Below are positions 33,801-50,694 of a stretch of 64,000 nt of DNA, one piece after another (the first letter of the stretch is position 1; each line of letters starts with the position of its first letter). The notes under the pieces were generated by a model, which saw only the letters and a program-made list of their open reading frames with translations, did no database searches and was not told the DNA's origin. The DNA lies in NCBI GenBank assembly GCA_033442325.1, contig JAWQFM010000015.1, forward strand, positions 1,137,614 through 1,201,613, given 5' to 3'. The stretch comes from Salpingoeca rosetta. Its lineage: Eukaryota; Protista; Choanoflagellata. A program made the position numbers and the translations under genes.

Positions 33801-36800
33801 ATGAATCAGTTCAAGCACCAAGACAACCCCATGGGGAAAGTACCCGTGTTCAACGGAGTCAACATGCGCTACAGTGTGTGGGCCATGAGAGTCCGAAACT
33901 ACATGTTGGAGAGAGACTGCTGGCTGGCAGTATCAGAAGGAGACAACGATGAAGAGTACGAGCGGATGATACGGAGCCTCAGTGAAAGCCAGCAAGCCCA
34001 GTACAGGCAGATGTATGGAAGGGCCATGGGTATCATCGGCAACGCAGTAGGCGGAGCACTTACCAAGATCGTGTCAGGGCCGACCATTCGCGGAGACCCA
34101 CGCAAGGCATGGTTCGCTCTCAAGCAACTGTACGACCGCCGAGACGACGAGGAGATCTCCAGACTCAGTGCAAGCATCTTCGCGAGGACCTGGGGCAAGG
34201 ACGACAACGTGCAGACAGTCATGGGCGATGTCATCGACGCGTATGACGAAATCACAGCAGCACAAGGAGTACTGAGCGAGTCCATGGTGGTGAATCACGT
34301 CCTCAACATCCTCCCAGACAAGTACAGGAACGTAGCGCAGATCATCCGCGTTACCCAGAGACAGCTCGACCTGAGAGAACTCCTGAAGATGCTTCTATTG
34401 GAACAAGCGAGGGCAAGGACGAAGACGCAGTCACAGCATCAACCACTCATCGCCTACGCACAGAAAGGCGATGCCAGGAAGGATAAGAGACGATGCTGGA
34501 ACTGCGATAAACCAGGCCACCTCAGCAAGGACTGCAGATCAAGAAAGAAGAAAACCCCCGGGCACGGACGAAAACCACGCAGAGACCAAGACAGGACAAG
34601 GCAGTACCGGCATGAGAAGACCTTCAAACTGGCAGAGACAGCACATGTGACGTCCACAGCAGCGGCAGGAGACAACGGGTGGCTGGTGGACAGTGGTGCG
34701 ACAACACACGTCTCATCAGTACGTGACGATTTTCTCACCTTGAGTGAAGAATCCGTCGACGTAACCCTGGCAGATGGGTCAACGGTTACAGCAACGGGCC
34801 GTGGTACAGTGAGACTGCAGACCAGCGCAGGGGCAGTGACGATGACAGATGTCCTGTACCTGCCCCGTGGGCAGGCACGCATTATCAGCATGGGTAAAAT
34901 CATGGAGAAAGGAAACGACGTTTACAGCAAGGCAGGGTCGCTGTACATCACCTTTCCCGATCGAACGCAGATACAGCTCCAGAAGAGGGATGAGCTGTAC
35001 TTTCTGCCTCAGACGACAACATCAGCGACAACCGCTGCAGCAGTCCAGGAGAACACGGCGACATCAGCAACAACGGCCACAGCAATCCATGAGAATATGG
35101 GACACAGGGCATGTGATCCCTGCATCAAGGGAAAGATGCGGAACGCCAACAGCAAGAAGTTCTCCGGCAACAGCAACAACAGCTACAAGCCAGGTGAAAT
35201 GCTGTGTGCAGACCTGACAGGACCACACCCTCCTACGCTTACCGGCGGCAGATTTGCGGTCGTGCTCCTTGACGTCGCAACCCAGTACAGCAGCGTCGGA
35301 CTCATGGCAACGAAGAAGGACCTGGCCAACACCTTGGACAGCATGCTGATGACATTGCCCCGGGCAATGGGCATAGGACACAGAGTGAACACACTGAAGA
35401 CGGACAACGAGCCACTTTTCTCGACACCTGCTATGCTGAAAGTGCTACACAAGCACAAACTCGACATGCGGCATTCTCCCCCGTACCGACCAGAGAAGAA
35501 CGGAGACGTCGAACGGCACATCCAGACTCTCACGTCCACAGCACGCACCCTGCTGATCGACGCGCGCCTTCCGACCGAGTTTTGGGGCTGTGCCCTTCTG
35601 CACGCGTCCCATGTGCACAATCACCTGAAGCCACTCCAGCGGCTGAAACTACATCCAGTGGTGCAAGACATGAAGCAGTTCGGCGTCACGGCGTACGTCA
35701 GAGATCGCAACGGTGACAAATGGAGGCCAAGAACATGGACCGGCATCTACGTCGGGTTCAACCCACAGTGCAGGGCACACAAGATCTACAACCCCGAGTC
35801 ACACAACGTCATCAGCACTTACGACGTTCGCTTCCTGACAATGGAAGAATCCTGGTTAAGGCCCGTTCTTCACCAGAGGGAAGACTTTTTGCCTCCCTCT
35901 CTGGACCTGGCACAAAGGCCGTTACCATCAACCACAACAACGACCACGCATGAGCCAGTGATGACGCAGCAACAACAGACGCATGAGCCAGTGATGACGC
36001 AGCAACAACGGATGCATCAGCCAGTGCAGATACAACGACAACCTCAACGAGAGAAGCAGAAGCAGGCTCGTCGGGTGAGGAAGCAACCACAACAGCAAAC
36101 AACGCACCGAAAGCAGACGTCACCAGTCCAGTCGCTGCCACCGCAGCAGACGACACCAGTCCAGGCGCTGCCACCGCAGCAGACGACACCAGTCCAGTCG
36201 CTGCCACCACAGCAGACGTCAGTCCAGACTCTGCCAACGCAGCACAAACAGGCGTCAGAACCACCACAGCAGCTGACACAAACGACGCAGCCACCACAGC
36301 AGGTGCAGCACATGACGCAGCCACCACAGCAGGTGCAGCACATGACGCCAACAACGTCCGACCAAGGGCCGCGCAGGTCCGCACGAATTCGCGCGCAGCA
36401 GCAGAAGACGACTGCAGCCAAAGCAACAGCAGCTCAGGCGCGCGCGGGGTTCGAAGAGGCGGAGAGAAGTGAGATGGACAGCCTGAGAAGACATGGCGTC
36501 CTAGAACGTGTTGAGGAGAAGGGGTATGTTAGCACTCCTGTGCTACCGACGATGTTCGTCTATTCTACAAAATCCGATGGAAAGAGGAAGGCACGTCTAG
36601 TGGTCAGGGGAGACCTGGATCAGCACGACACCAGCACTTACTCCCCAACAGCAAGCAGATCAACGTTGCTTACCTTGATGGCGTCAACCACAGCTCCACT
36701 GATGGTGATGGACGTGACCACTGCGTTCCTTCACGCCGACCTGCCAAGAGATGTGCATGTGAAGATCAGAGGAGAGGTTTTCAGGTTGCATAAGGCCCTC

Positions 36801-38047
36801 TACGGCCTCAAGGACAGCCCACGTCTGTTCCACCAGCACATCCACTCCATCCTCACACGACTCAGCTGGCAAGCCACCATCACCGACCCTTGTCTCTACA
36901 CCCGTCAACATCAGCAGNNNNNNNNNNNNNNNNNNNNNNNNNNNNNNNNNNNNNNNNNNNNNNNNNNNNNNNNNNNNNNNNNNNNNNNNNNNNNNNNNNN
37001 NNNNNNNNNNNNNNNNNNNNNNNNNNNNNNNNNNNNNNNNNNNNNNNNNNNNNNNNNNNNNNNNNNNNNNNNNNNNNNNNNNNNNNNNNNNNNNNNNNNN
37101 NNNNNNNNNNNNNNNNNNNNNNNNNNNNNNNNNNNNNNNNNNNNNNNNNNNNNNNNNNNNNNNNNNNNNNNNNNNNNNNNNNNNNNNNNNNNNNNNNNNN
37201 NNNNNNNNNNNNNNNNNNNNNNNNNNNNNNNNNNNNNNNNNNNNNNNNNNNNNNNNNNNNNNNNNNNNNNNNNNNNNNNNNNNNNNNNNNNNNNNNNNNN
37301 NNNNNNNNNNNNNNNNNNNNNNNNNNNNNNNNNNNNNNNNNNNNNNNNNNNNNNNNNNNNNNNNNNNNNNNNNNNNNNNNNNNNNNNNNNNNNNNNNNNN
37401 NNNNNNNNNNNNNNNNNNNNNNNNNNNNNNNNNNNNNNNNNNNNNNNNNNNNNNNNNNNNNNNNNNNNNNNNNNNNNNNNNNTCCTCACCACCACCGTCG
37501 AACACACGACCGGTGCAGATGTTGCGGTTATGACACGACAGCACAATTGTCTGACCTAGAAAAAGGTCAACAGTTTCCGACAGCACAAATTGTGACCTAC
37601 GTCGATGCCTCCTTTGCCATGGACGCGGGCCGGCGCTCGCGCTCCGGCATCGTCATCTGCGTCAACAACATGCCTGTGTATTGGCGCTCCAGCAAGCAGA
37701 CGATCACGGCACTCTCCGCAGCAGAAGCTGAATACTCTGCTATCACCGAGGGCATCAAGCACACCATTCACGTGAGAGACCAGCTTGACGAAATGATGAT
37801 CAAGCACAGCACTCCAGTCATCCTCACCGATTCGATGTCTGCCATACACATGGCAAACTCCGACAAGATTCAGGAACGCACCAAGCACTTGGGCATACGC
37901 ATGCAGTTCACACGCGACCACGTACGGAAGCAGACCGTCGAGCTGCAGCACGTGCCCTCTGGTGACCAAGTCGCTGACATGCTGACCAAACCCTTGCACA
38001 AGGGTGCGTTCCACCGACTGGTGCAGAAGATTATGCATCACGAATGA
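33801..38047 (+). CDS. Copia gag-pol polyprotein (interrupted by an assembly gap within RT)
   Basis: Zinc knuckle CWNCDKPGHLSKDC; protease WLVDSGAT; integrase ADLTGP..KTDNE..NGDVER; RT KARLVVRG, MDVTTAFL, LHKALYGLKDSPR; RNase H YVDASFA, SAAEAEY, TDSMSA, RTKH, QVADMLTK. Confidence 0.96.
36918..37481. other. Assembly gap within the copia RT
   Basis: N run that hides the region where the YVDD motif is expected. Confidence 0.98.
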
Positions 38048-38088
38048 ACCAACCACCACGATCAAGATTCTCCCAAGGCGCATCCATT

Positions 38089-38098
38089 CAGGAGGGTG
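38089..38098 (+). promoter_or_regulatory. Polypurine tract
   Basis: CAGGAGGGTG immediately upstream of the 3' LTR, a typical copia PPT. Confidence 0.75.
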
Positions 38099-38460
38099 TG
38101 TCAGCGGAAATTCCCGATGACATGTTTGTGTGTATGAGTGAGTGTGAACGAATGCGTTGTCTTGACGTGTGGGAACACCATGATTTCACCATGGTCTGAC
38201 TTTGTGAAAGACCCTCTTTGTTTGTCCCTCTATCAGGTGATCTCCTGATACACAATGTGTGAATGTACACGTGTCACTTTAATAGTGTATACGTGTACCC
38301 TCTTCCTCTATCATATGCGTGATATGTACTGCATGGTGTTCATTCTCTTCTGTCCCCGATTCCAACGACACCACTGCGTGGGTTGTCTACCAAGGTTTAC
38401 TTCAGCTGTGAAAGCTCTCAATACAAGTCTCAGGGAAAACGCTGAGGAACAATCTTGTCA
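38099..38460 (+). repeat. 3' LTR (362 bp)
   Basis: Direct repeat of 33374-33735, followed by the TSD AATTC. Confidence 0.97.
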
Positions 38461-39351
38461 AATTCAGTGACACAGCAGCACGCAACAAGCGAAACTGCAC
38501 TGCCTTTTTGTGTGAGCCAGCCGGTGCTACACGCCATCACACAACATGCAGGCAACCACCCAAGAATAGCGCATGCACAGATGATGTGACTGTGATGATG
38601 ATGTGACAACATGTGGAGGAAGAAGAAGCATGGGAACAAGAAGCAAGGGAAGCAAGCAGGGCCACGCAGCCCGTTTTTATTTTCGGTGACATGACATGAA
38701 CAGTGGAAATTACAACAACGACCAAACGTCAAAGGCTTGTCAACACGCCATCAACACACATCTTCATGCACGCGCACGCACCATACACACTACGCAGGCA
38801 GGCAGGCAAGCTGCTCCTCCTGTTTCAATGGAGGATCACATGCAAGAGAACGACGACACAGCAACGCAACAACAATCGACGGTGGGTAAATGCAGTTTGT
38901 TTCTGTGTGTTGCTGCCTGCATCTGGCACGAACCGACAAGTGTAATGGACTTGGCATGCCCAGTGTAACCAACAAAGGGAAACAAGCAGCGTGGTAGCTG
39001 GATTGGGTGGCTGGCTGCAGCTATTGTGGAGGGGCTTGTCTCGACTTGACACGTGCAAGGCGCTGCTTGATGGCATCCAACTCTGTCAGATGAATGGCAC
39101 GTGCAAACACACAACACACACGCACGCACGCACACACACACACACACACGCACATTTCGTAGAGAAGAGAAGAAAGTGTCAGTCATCATGTCATTACATC
39201 GTTGCCATCGGGCAGCCGCACACAAACAAACACACCCACAATTATTGACCATCACGGAGAGACCCCACACAAGTAAGCGAAGCCACCCCACCCCCCAAGC
39301 GCAGAGTGGTGTGCGCTGCACACGTGGAAAGCACACTGCAAGCAACTCAAA

Positions 39352-39439
39352 TCATGCTGTGATGCGCAGCTGGATCGAGAAGTCGTTCAACTCACTCGAG
39401 GCAGACGTGGGCTCTTTGGGGCTCTGAAACTCTTCCTTG

Positions 39440-39490
<51 letters not shown>

Positions 39491-40396
39491 TGTTGCTGCT
39501 GTGGGAAAGGTGAACTGAAGGAGAGACTGCTCATGTTGGCGCCATCCAGGTCCGGCAATGCACTCTCTGCCCGTTGCGTGTACATGTGCATGCATGTGCA
39601 TGTGTGCGCGCGTATGTGTTACTCCAGTTTGAGAAAGCAAGGGCAACAGACATGAGAGGTCGACGCAAGCCTTTGATCGTAGTGTGCTTCACGCATGTAT
39701 ATACACACGCGCGTGCATGCATTGTCACACCTTCAAGCAAGCGAGCGTCAAAGCTGGACGACAGGATGAAGGAAGGATCGTTGCTATGCGAGCTGCAGCA
39801 CCAATGCAGCCATGAGAGGAAGCCAACGCAACACAAATATACATGCGAACGCATTTGCGTCATGTATGAACGTGGTGTGAGCGAGTCTGTGTGTGTGTGC
39901 GTGTGTGTGCACTGAAACAGAGCCAACACGTAAGAGCAACGCATGAATTGTGTAGTGCGTAGACAGGCAAGCTGCTTGCCTGTAGAAGCTCTGGCGTGCT
40001 GGGGACGGCGTAAAGGTTGGGATGGACCTGAAGGCCACATGAGCACGCAGCACACAGCACACATTTCCATGAATGCGTGAGATACAACGAAATCGTGTGT
40101 ACGCAGACACACGCGCACGCACAGCGGTGGGCACACAACAGTCAGACAAACACACGCACATGCAGGTGAATAGCAATCAACCGCATTCTCCCCTGTGCAA
40201 CGCGCATGTGCACGTGCACGTGGCAGCGAACAATCAACAACGGTGTAGTGCTGTTGTACCTGAACTTGCTCGGTGACGTCGGTTCTGAGGTCGCTGACAC
40301 ACGACCGCCACTGGCAGACAACATCGAGTCCAGCAGCGCTGACACGCGCGGGGAGTGGTGCAGGTGGTGTTGATCATCATAATCATAATCATCATC

Positions 40397-40470
<74 letters not shown>

Positions 40471-42332
40471 CAAGTTGTTGTTCTCGTGCCTCCTCCTCCC
40501 GCAACATGACCTCCAATTCCGCCAACTCGTGCTCTGCATCATCAACTCGCCAATCTCTCCTCCCACGCTCCAATTCTTCATTTCCATCACCATCAACGCC
40601 CCCTCCGCTTTCCGCTGCGCCGTGATGCTGCATGGCTGATGGTTCCAGTGCCTGGTGCTTATCGCGTTGACCATGTGGACTGCCTTTCTCCCGTGCTTGT
40701 TGAGGGCTCTGTTGCTGCTGTTGCTCTGCCTTGAGCGGCGTGCGCGCGAGCTTGTCCCTGGATGTGTCGCACCACAAGCAAACACCACAAGCAAATAACA
40801 TCGGACACGAAACACACACACACACACACGGGGCCGTAAGATCCAAACGGGCAACTACGCAGCCTGCACACAAGTGCACATGCACAGGCATACTTCGGCA
40901 ACAGCGCGCATCTGAGCACAAGTGCAGTGCACACCTTGAGGTGAAAGCAAAGGACGGGTCGATGGCCTCCAACATGTGCTCTTGTGCGTGGAGCTCACCT
41001 GCGCATGCAACGCACGGACACGGCGGTGTCCGAACGTGAGAAGCCACAACCATCAAGCAATAAATAAAAGACATCGCGCAGCAAAGCGCTCAAGCGCATG
41101 GCATTTCACACAGCATCATACCACACACACACACAACACACACACACCATCAGGCAACCACAACACATCGCATCACGCTGCGTGGCAGCAACAGAAGCAA
41201 CAGCAGCAGCAACAACAGCAACAGTGGCTACTGACCAGGAGCGTGTGGGCGTGGCGGGGACGAGAAGCGGTCGTCAGCAACAGGCGCACCGGACCCAAAA
41301 TCCAGCTGATGCTTCTGTCGCCGCTTCTGCGACGCTGCTGCTGCTGCTGCTGGTGATGATGACAACGACGATGTTTGAGGCGCGCGTGCTGGTGTTGACG
41401 TGACTGCTGGTGGTGGTGGAGATGAGGAAGGTGATGCCACCATGCCCTCCACGACCGCCGCGGCCAAATGATCCAATGCCTCGTTCTCCGATTCACCAGC
41501 ACGCCCGCGTCCCTTTCTCGCAGCTTCATGCTCCTCCTCCTCCTCCTGGCGTTGCTGGTGGTGGTGGTGCTGCTGCTGGTGGTGTCGGCGTGGCAGTCGC
41601 GTGGCAGGTCCGGCGCGAGTGTGTCCTGTTCGTCCATTGATGGATGCTGGTTTTCCTGCTGCTGATGTTGCTTCTGCTGTTGCTGTTGTTGCTTCTGTTG
41701 GTGGTGCTGGTGGTGCTGGCGAGGACGTGGATGCTGCTGTTTCTGTTTCTGTTTGTGCCCGTGCTGCTTGCGCTGTCCACGGTGCACCCGCAGCCTTCTG
41801 TCGCTGCTTCTGTGCGGTGGTGCCGGTTGCGCGAAGTGGCGTGACACGTGCGGGCGAACGCTGCGCCTGTTGCACAACGGAAGCGATGGCGGTCGCGGGA
41901 AGGGGGACAAGTTCATGGACGAAAGACACCAATAGCACGTGTTGTGAGCGGTGGTGACGCGACACAACAGTGTTGCAAGCGAGATACACTCAAGCCACAT
42001 CACCACACAAGTTCGCATGAGAACACCAACCATGCACACGCAACAACATGCATCACGACCACCACAACATGTGATTTGAGCACCTGTGTGAGAATATCAC
42101 GCACAGCGCGCGGCGTCTGCACGCGAAGCGGACGCGCGAGTGCCGAGCTGCGGCTTGTGGTGTCGCGACCTGTTGGTGTCCGGCTGATGAGGCGGCGCAT
42201 GTCCTCTGTGCGCATGGGGGAGGACGGCACGTCCGATGGGGACGCCTCGTCAACATCTGCTTGCAGGCACAGGAGGCAAATGTGTGAGGCAGCCCCGCTC
42301 CAGTGTGTTTGTCTGGTTGTCTGTTTGTCGCG

Positions 42333-42370
<38 letters not shown>

Positions 42371-43566
42371 GTGTGTGCATGTGTGTGCATGTGTGTGTGT
42401 CTGCCTGCCTGCCTGCTTGCTTGTATCTGTGTTTGTGTGTGCGGTTTCACGCCCACGTGGGGGAACAGCATCTTCAAATTGCATCGTACCACGCATGACG
42501 GCGAGTGAGGTGTCGAGAAGGGACGTGGAGGTGCCACTCGCGTTCATAATCTGAACAACAAATGCATCACAACAGCAAGCACGGCAGCAGAAGAACTCAA
42601 ATGAGACGCACAGAACTGCGTGATGCAACTGCTATCACGCATGCACACAAAATCTAAAAGCGGAGCCACGCTCGCTGAAAACACACAACCACGCACAATG
42701 CAGCCCCGCACAACACCACATGCACATCACCAAACCCCGTTACCTTTGGCGTTGCGGGAAGTCGAGAAACAGGCGGAGATTCAAACGCCATCGCGTTGCC
42801 ACCGCCAACACCGCCACGCTGCTGCTGCTGCTGCTGCTGCTGCTGTGCGTGCACGTGCCTCAGGAGGATGTCCACATCTGTGCGAAGGGCGCCAATGCGG
42901 GCGTTGACGTCGGCCAGCACGCGGCCACGCAGCTGCTCCAGCGCCGTGTGCAGCGACTGCAGGTGGTGCTGCTGCCCGGAAGCCGTATCGCGCAGGGCAG
43001 CGCCCGCAGCCACCATATTGGGTGGTGGTGCCTGCGATTGCGATGGCGACGATGGTGATGGTGGTGTTTGTTCGTTGTGTGGTTGTGATTCGGACACGGC
43101 AGTCTGACGGCAGAAGAGAAGGCGGGTTGCGAGGCATGCGATGATGGAGTGCAATGATGCGTTGATAATTGGTGGTGAGAACAGCGCGGCAAGAATTATC
43201 GCACTTTGCAGAACAGGCAAAACCTTTCATCTCACTCACACACACACGCACTCACTCACACACTCACACACGCACTCACTCACACACTCACACACGCACT
43301 CACTCACACACTCACACACACACGCACTCACCCACACACTCACACACTCACACACACACGCACGCTCACTCACACACACACACCCGCACACACACACACA
43401 CCCGCACACACACACACACCCGCACACACACACACACAACATTGCCAGGGGCGACACCTTGATTCGGTCGAGTGCCGTGGACCAGAGGCGGATGAGAGCG
43501 CTCAACTTGATCTGCCCGCTTGCATTGACATCCAGCCCGCGCCCGCCTGCAAGTGTTGTGTGTGTG

Positions 43567-43629
<63 letters not shown>

Positions 43630-44352
43630 CACACAAGCGGTGGGTAGTCAAGCATGTAACAGAACGAATGCAACTTTGTCGTCGCCGTTAAAATGAATGA
43701 CAGCACTACAGCAAAGCAACAACATGAGAAACACAACAAGCAACATCATCAACATGCAAACATCATTGTCATGTTTGTGTTTGCGTGTATGTGGGGCGCA
43801 ATATGATTGCGCTAACCCTGGGCGACGAGGTCTTGTGGAATGTGAAGCGCTGTGGTGCTCAGGTCCAAACACGATTGCTGGGGGGAGGCATGTGACAGCA
43901 CACACGTACACACGTACACGTACACACGTACACACGTACACGCGTACACACGCACACACGCACACGCGTACACACGCACACATGTATACGCGCATGCACA
44001 CACACACAAACAACGAGAGAAAGGCAACGGAGTGAGAACGCCCTTAACCCATTGCAAAGGTGACAAGGGACGTACAATGACGCACGCGTGCAACGACACA
44101 CATACACATACACACGCCAATGGATCTGTATTTTGGCACATGCACACACGCGTTCAAATGTGCGTACCTCCCGCTGTTCATGTGCGCGTGCTGCAAAGGC
44201 GGTTGCGGACTGAAACGCCATCACAAGATCGGAAGAATCGTCCACACGCGCCCACCGCTGCATGACGTCATCCACAGCAGACACGCGGGCATCTGCTTCC
44301 GCCTGCCCGCATCATTGCGTGCGTGCGTGACATGTGTAAGTGCGTATGTATA

Positions 44353-44416
<64 letters not shown>

Positions 44417-44475
44417 CGAAGGAAGAGACCGATGCTAGTACAAATGAGCAACACATCATTGAGGAACTGCACGCA

Positions 44476-44533
<58 letters not shown>

Positions 44534-44791
44534 TGCTCGGTCCATAGACTCACAGACGCAATAAAAGACAATCACGGGTACAGATTGACCTTTTCTTCTC
44601 TTCGCGTCAGGAAGCGCAACGAGTTTACGTTACTGTCATTCTGGAACTGATGAGGGAACCCACCCGACGTATTCAAGAATTATCCCATTATTGTCATAAG
44701 TGGGTTTGATTCGCAGGTTTGTCCTATAACAATGGAGTTGCCATTAGGCTCAACCGTGATCCCGTGATGCCCCTCATGAATAGCCTCTAGC

Positions 44792-44844
<53 letters not shown>

Positions 44845-46695
44845 GCACGCACACATACACACCTGCGCATCGTATTTTCCGTCAATGCCGAGGGCGTTCA
44901 GGTCCCGCGTCAATTTGACCCGCTGGCGGTGCAGCGCCCTGCTCGCGATGGAGTGATGAGACAACGAAGAGGACGCCAAATCAACGTGAGCAGCGATGTG
45001 TGTGTGTGTGTGTGCGTGCGTGTGTGGTGTGAGTGTGAGTGTGTGTGTGTGGTGTGTGTGTGTGTGTGTGAGTGTGCTTTTGAAGTTGTTCTTGTGGTCC
45101 AAGCAATATGTCCTCGCGAGCATGCAGCAAGCGACCACAAGGACCAGTAACGGCAACAACGACGACGACGACAACAACAACAACAACAACAGCAGCAGCA
45201 GCAGCAATAACTACCATGTGTGCACTCCACCTATATCTGCGGGTGATGGCGGCGGCGGCGCTGCGCCAGTTCTGCTGAACAGCGACAGCATCTTGACACT
45301 TGCGCACAAATCTGCCGCACACGCACACGCATGTGAATGTAGAGAAGTAATTCGTTCTTGAACACGCACACGCACGCACCCACACACGCACACACACACA
45401 CGCATACACGCACACGCACATGCGCACACGTGCACGCACACACCTGCGCGCGAGCATGGCTGTCTTCGCCTGCATGATAGAGGTGGCCATCTGAGGCAAC
45501 AGAGAATTCCAATGTGTGCGCAGTGAGCGACGCAAGAATGACCAAACTGTGCCTTCTCGCATGAACAATTGTGACCACAGAAGAAGCGCGTAGAGACGCG
45601 AGTGACCGCACAGGAGGACACAGAATCGCAGACACATGCATACACACACACACATTCACATATACACACGCACACGCACACACACACAAACACACACACA
45701 CATTCGCATTCACATGTACATACACACGCACACACGCATGAAGATGTAGAGACATACGTTGGTTTGGCTTGGAGGGACGTCATTGGACCACTCCCAGGCA
45801 TGGTAGCGCGTGTTGAGGGAGAGAAGACGCTTGTGCAGCACCAGCGACGACAGGTGAAGCAGAAACTCCTCAGCCTTGTGTCCTGTTGTGCGCAAGGTGC
45901 AGTGGAGCGAGTCGCGGGGGAGGGGGCAAGTGGAGTGCTGACGTGAGAAAAGGACACGCGGCGAACACACGCGCAACACACAGCCACTTGTAGGAAAACA
46001 ACAACAACAACAACAACAACAACAGCAACAGCCAACTTTGCTACTCATATTCGGGTTTGTGATCACACCTGCAGGGGACAGCATGGCTATGGCAGCTGTT
46101 CGCTGGATCTGGGAGTTGGACGCCTCCTACAGCACAGCACACGATAAAACATAAGGGATGAGTGACACGCGTTTACGAGGTGTGAATGCACGTGCACTTG
46201 TTCATGCTCGTAGCCACTCGCACGCACGCATTCACATTCAAACACACAGGAACGAACACATTTAAGCATTCGCACGAAGCATTCGTACACACGCACACAC
46301 ACACACATACACACTGCAGTTGCACACCTCTCCAAGTTCTTTGATCCATGTGGCGGCCTCTTTCCGAAATGTTGATTCTTGCTTGCGGTCAAGCGGTGGC
46401 CAACAGTATCTGCGGTTTCAAATGCATGCAAGCAGCCGTCAGCAAACGATGTGCGCGAGAACAAAGCGCAGCCGCCAGCAGTGCTCAGTTTGCAGGACAC
46501 TCACTTGAAGCGTTTCTTCGCCTGTTTCGCGTCATAGGCAGTCAGCAGGAAGTGCACAAGCGCATCCATCGCCGCATGGTTGGTTGACTGGAACATTCGT
46601 CTGGAGAGTAGTTCATGTTTGTGTTTGTGTGTGTGCGTGTGTGTGTGTGTGTTTGTTTGTTTGCGTGTGTGTGTGTTTGTGTTTGCGTGTGTGTG

Positions 46696-46735
<40 letters not shown>

Positions 46736-47172
46736 TTGGTTGGGGAGCAGCTGTTGGAAGGAGGGCAATGGCACAATGGGCGCACGAATAGCGGACCGCT
46801 GCACAGTGATAAACACACACACACACTCAGGACAAACTCTCGTCTGCTTGATTCACGTACGGGCTGAGCTCGATGGGCTTGCCCTTGTGGGAGCTGACGG
46901 CCCCAAACCCCAGCAGCTGCACATTCGTCACAATCAACGCCTGCCGTTGTTGTGTGGCAAGTGCAGTGAGTGGACGAACATGCTGCGACAAACAAACACA
47001 AAATGCAGACACAAAATGCAAACACACGACCACCACACGCCACACGCCACACCACACCACCACCAGCACATACAGTATGCCCATCATCGAGTCGTTTGTC
47101 GCATGCCAAACGCATCCTCACCCCAGCCGACGGCGGTGCGTGCTGCTGCTGCTGCCGCTGTGCAGTGGTCAT
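39352..47172 (-). CDS. HAUS6: HAUS augmin-like complex subunit 6, multi-exon, with a long Q-rich low-complexity C-terminus
   Basis: Spliced N-terminus MTTAQRQQQQHAPPSAG|ALIVTNVQLLGF..|RMFQSTNHAAMDALVHFLLTAYDAKQAKKRFK|YCWPPLDRKQESTFRKEAATWIKELGE|..MLSPA|GHKAEEFLLHLSSLVL matches the HAUS6 N-terminal domain (human MFDKLN..FCWPPFDQKSDTEFRKHCCEWIK..LSPGGPKF, recalled). The 3' exons and the stop are tentative. Confidence 0.85.
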
Positions 47173-47269
47173 GGTGGTCGCCAGTTGAAGCAGTTCGCCG
47201 TTGCTGTTTGTCGACACCACAAAATGCAGTTACACAAACCAAAACAAACTGCGCTTCTTCCAACCAACC
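47173..47269. promoter_or_regulatory. Very compact bidirectional promoter/5' UTR region
   Basis: The divergent ATGs of HAUS6 (47172) and of the A20/SH3 gene (47270) are only 97 bp apart. Confidence 0.55.
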
Positions 47270-49499
<2,230 letters not shown>

Positions 49500-49716
49500 A
49501 GGACGGCGGGTAGCGGCGCCTTTATGTGTGTGCGTGTGTGCGTGCGTGTGTGCGTGCGTGTGTCTGTGTCTGTCTCTGTTTCCGCCTCTGGTTCTGCCTG
49601 TGTCGGCCTTTTTCTCTGAGCACTGTCCGTCTGCTGCGAGGCAACCTTTGTGGAGCTGTTCATTGAAAGGTGACGGAGAATGGAACAGACATGAAAAGCA
49701 ATACCAAGCACATGTG

Positions 49717-49842
<126 letters not shown>

Positions 49843-49857
49843 GCAGAATCACCCGTG

Positions 49858-50439
49858 TCAGGTGCTGAGCGCGTAGCTGAGGGAGAGGGTGGTGGTGGGA
49901 ACGCCGCCATCAACACCAAGGTCATCCAGGGTGCGGCACTGGAGCGTAGAGCCAAAGTCAACCTGCACGAAGCCAGCGCACGCTGGATCAGCAACGCAGG
50001 CGCGTGCGCAGTCCTCTGCCGTCGCGTCATTAAACTTGGACAGCACGTGCGCGGCGTCAAACGCTGTGGAGAAACGGCGGGACGTGGCCTCGTTTGCACC
50101 GGTGCCAATGTAGTGCAGGTCGAACCGTGACGTGGCGGCCTTGGACAAGCTGAAGGAGGTGGTGCTCGTGGGGATGAGGGTGCCGGTGTCCGACAGCAAG
50201 CGGCACTCCAGCCCGAGAAGATCACTTGAATGCTCCCACGCAAACACGCCCGCACAATCTGGGTCTGCATCGCACGCCTTGGTGCACGCTTCAAAGGAAG
50301 CCACGCCGGTCAACTTGGCCAAGATCTTTGTAGCGTCAAATGCGGTTGAGAACCGCAGATGCTCGTTCTCGGCGTTTGACCCGCTGGCTGTCACGGAGTA
50401 TCCAATCAAACTCGGTGCTGCGCTCCAGTCAACAGCTGT

Positions 50440-50472
<33 letters not shown>

Positions 50473-50489
50473 GGTTGTTGTGGTAGTGG

Positions 50490-50580
<91 letters not shown>

Positions 50581-50601
50581 CGTCGTCGTCGTCGTTGTAG
50601 C

Positions 50602-50694
<93 letters not shown>

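Larger units (their letters stand above)
33374..38460 (+). mobile_element. Complete Ty1/copia LTR retrotransposon (probably a choanoflagellate copia family)
   Basis: TG..CA LTRs at 33374-33735 and 38099-38460. 5-bp TSD AATTC at 33369-33373 and 38461-38465. PBS, PPT, and a gag-PR-IN-RT-RH domain order. Confidence 0.98.

Noticed and set aside
36890-38047. Programmed frameshift between RT and RNase H
   Set aside because: The frame change occurs across a gap of estimated length and the noisy bases next to it, so it is uninformative.
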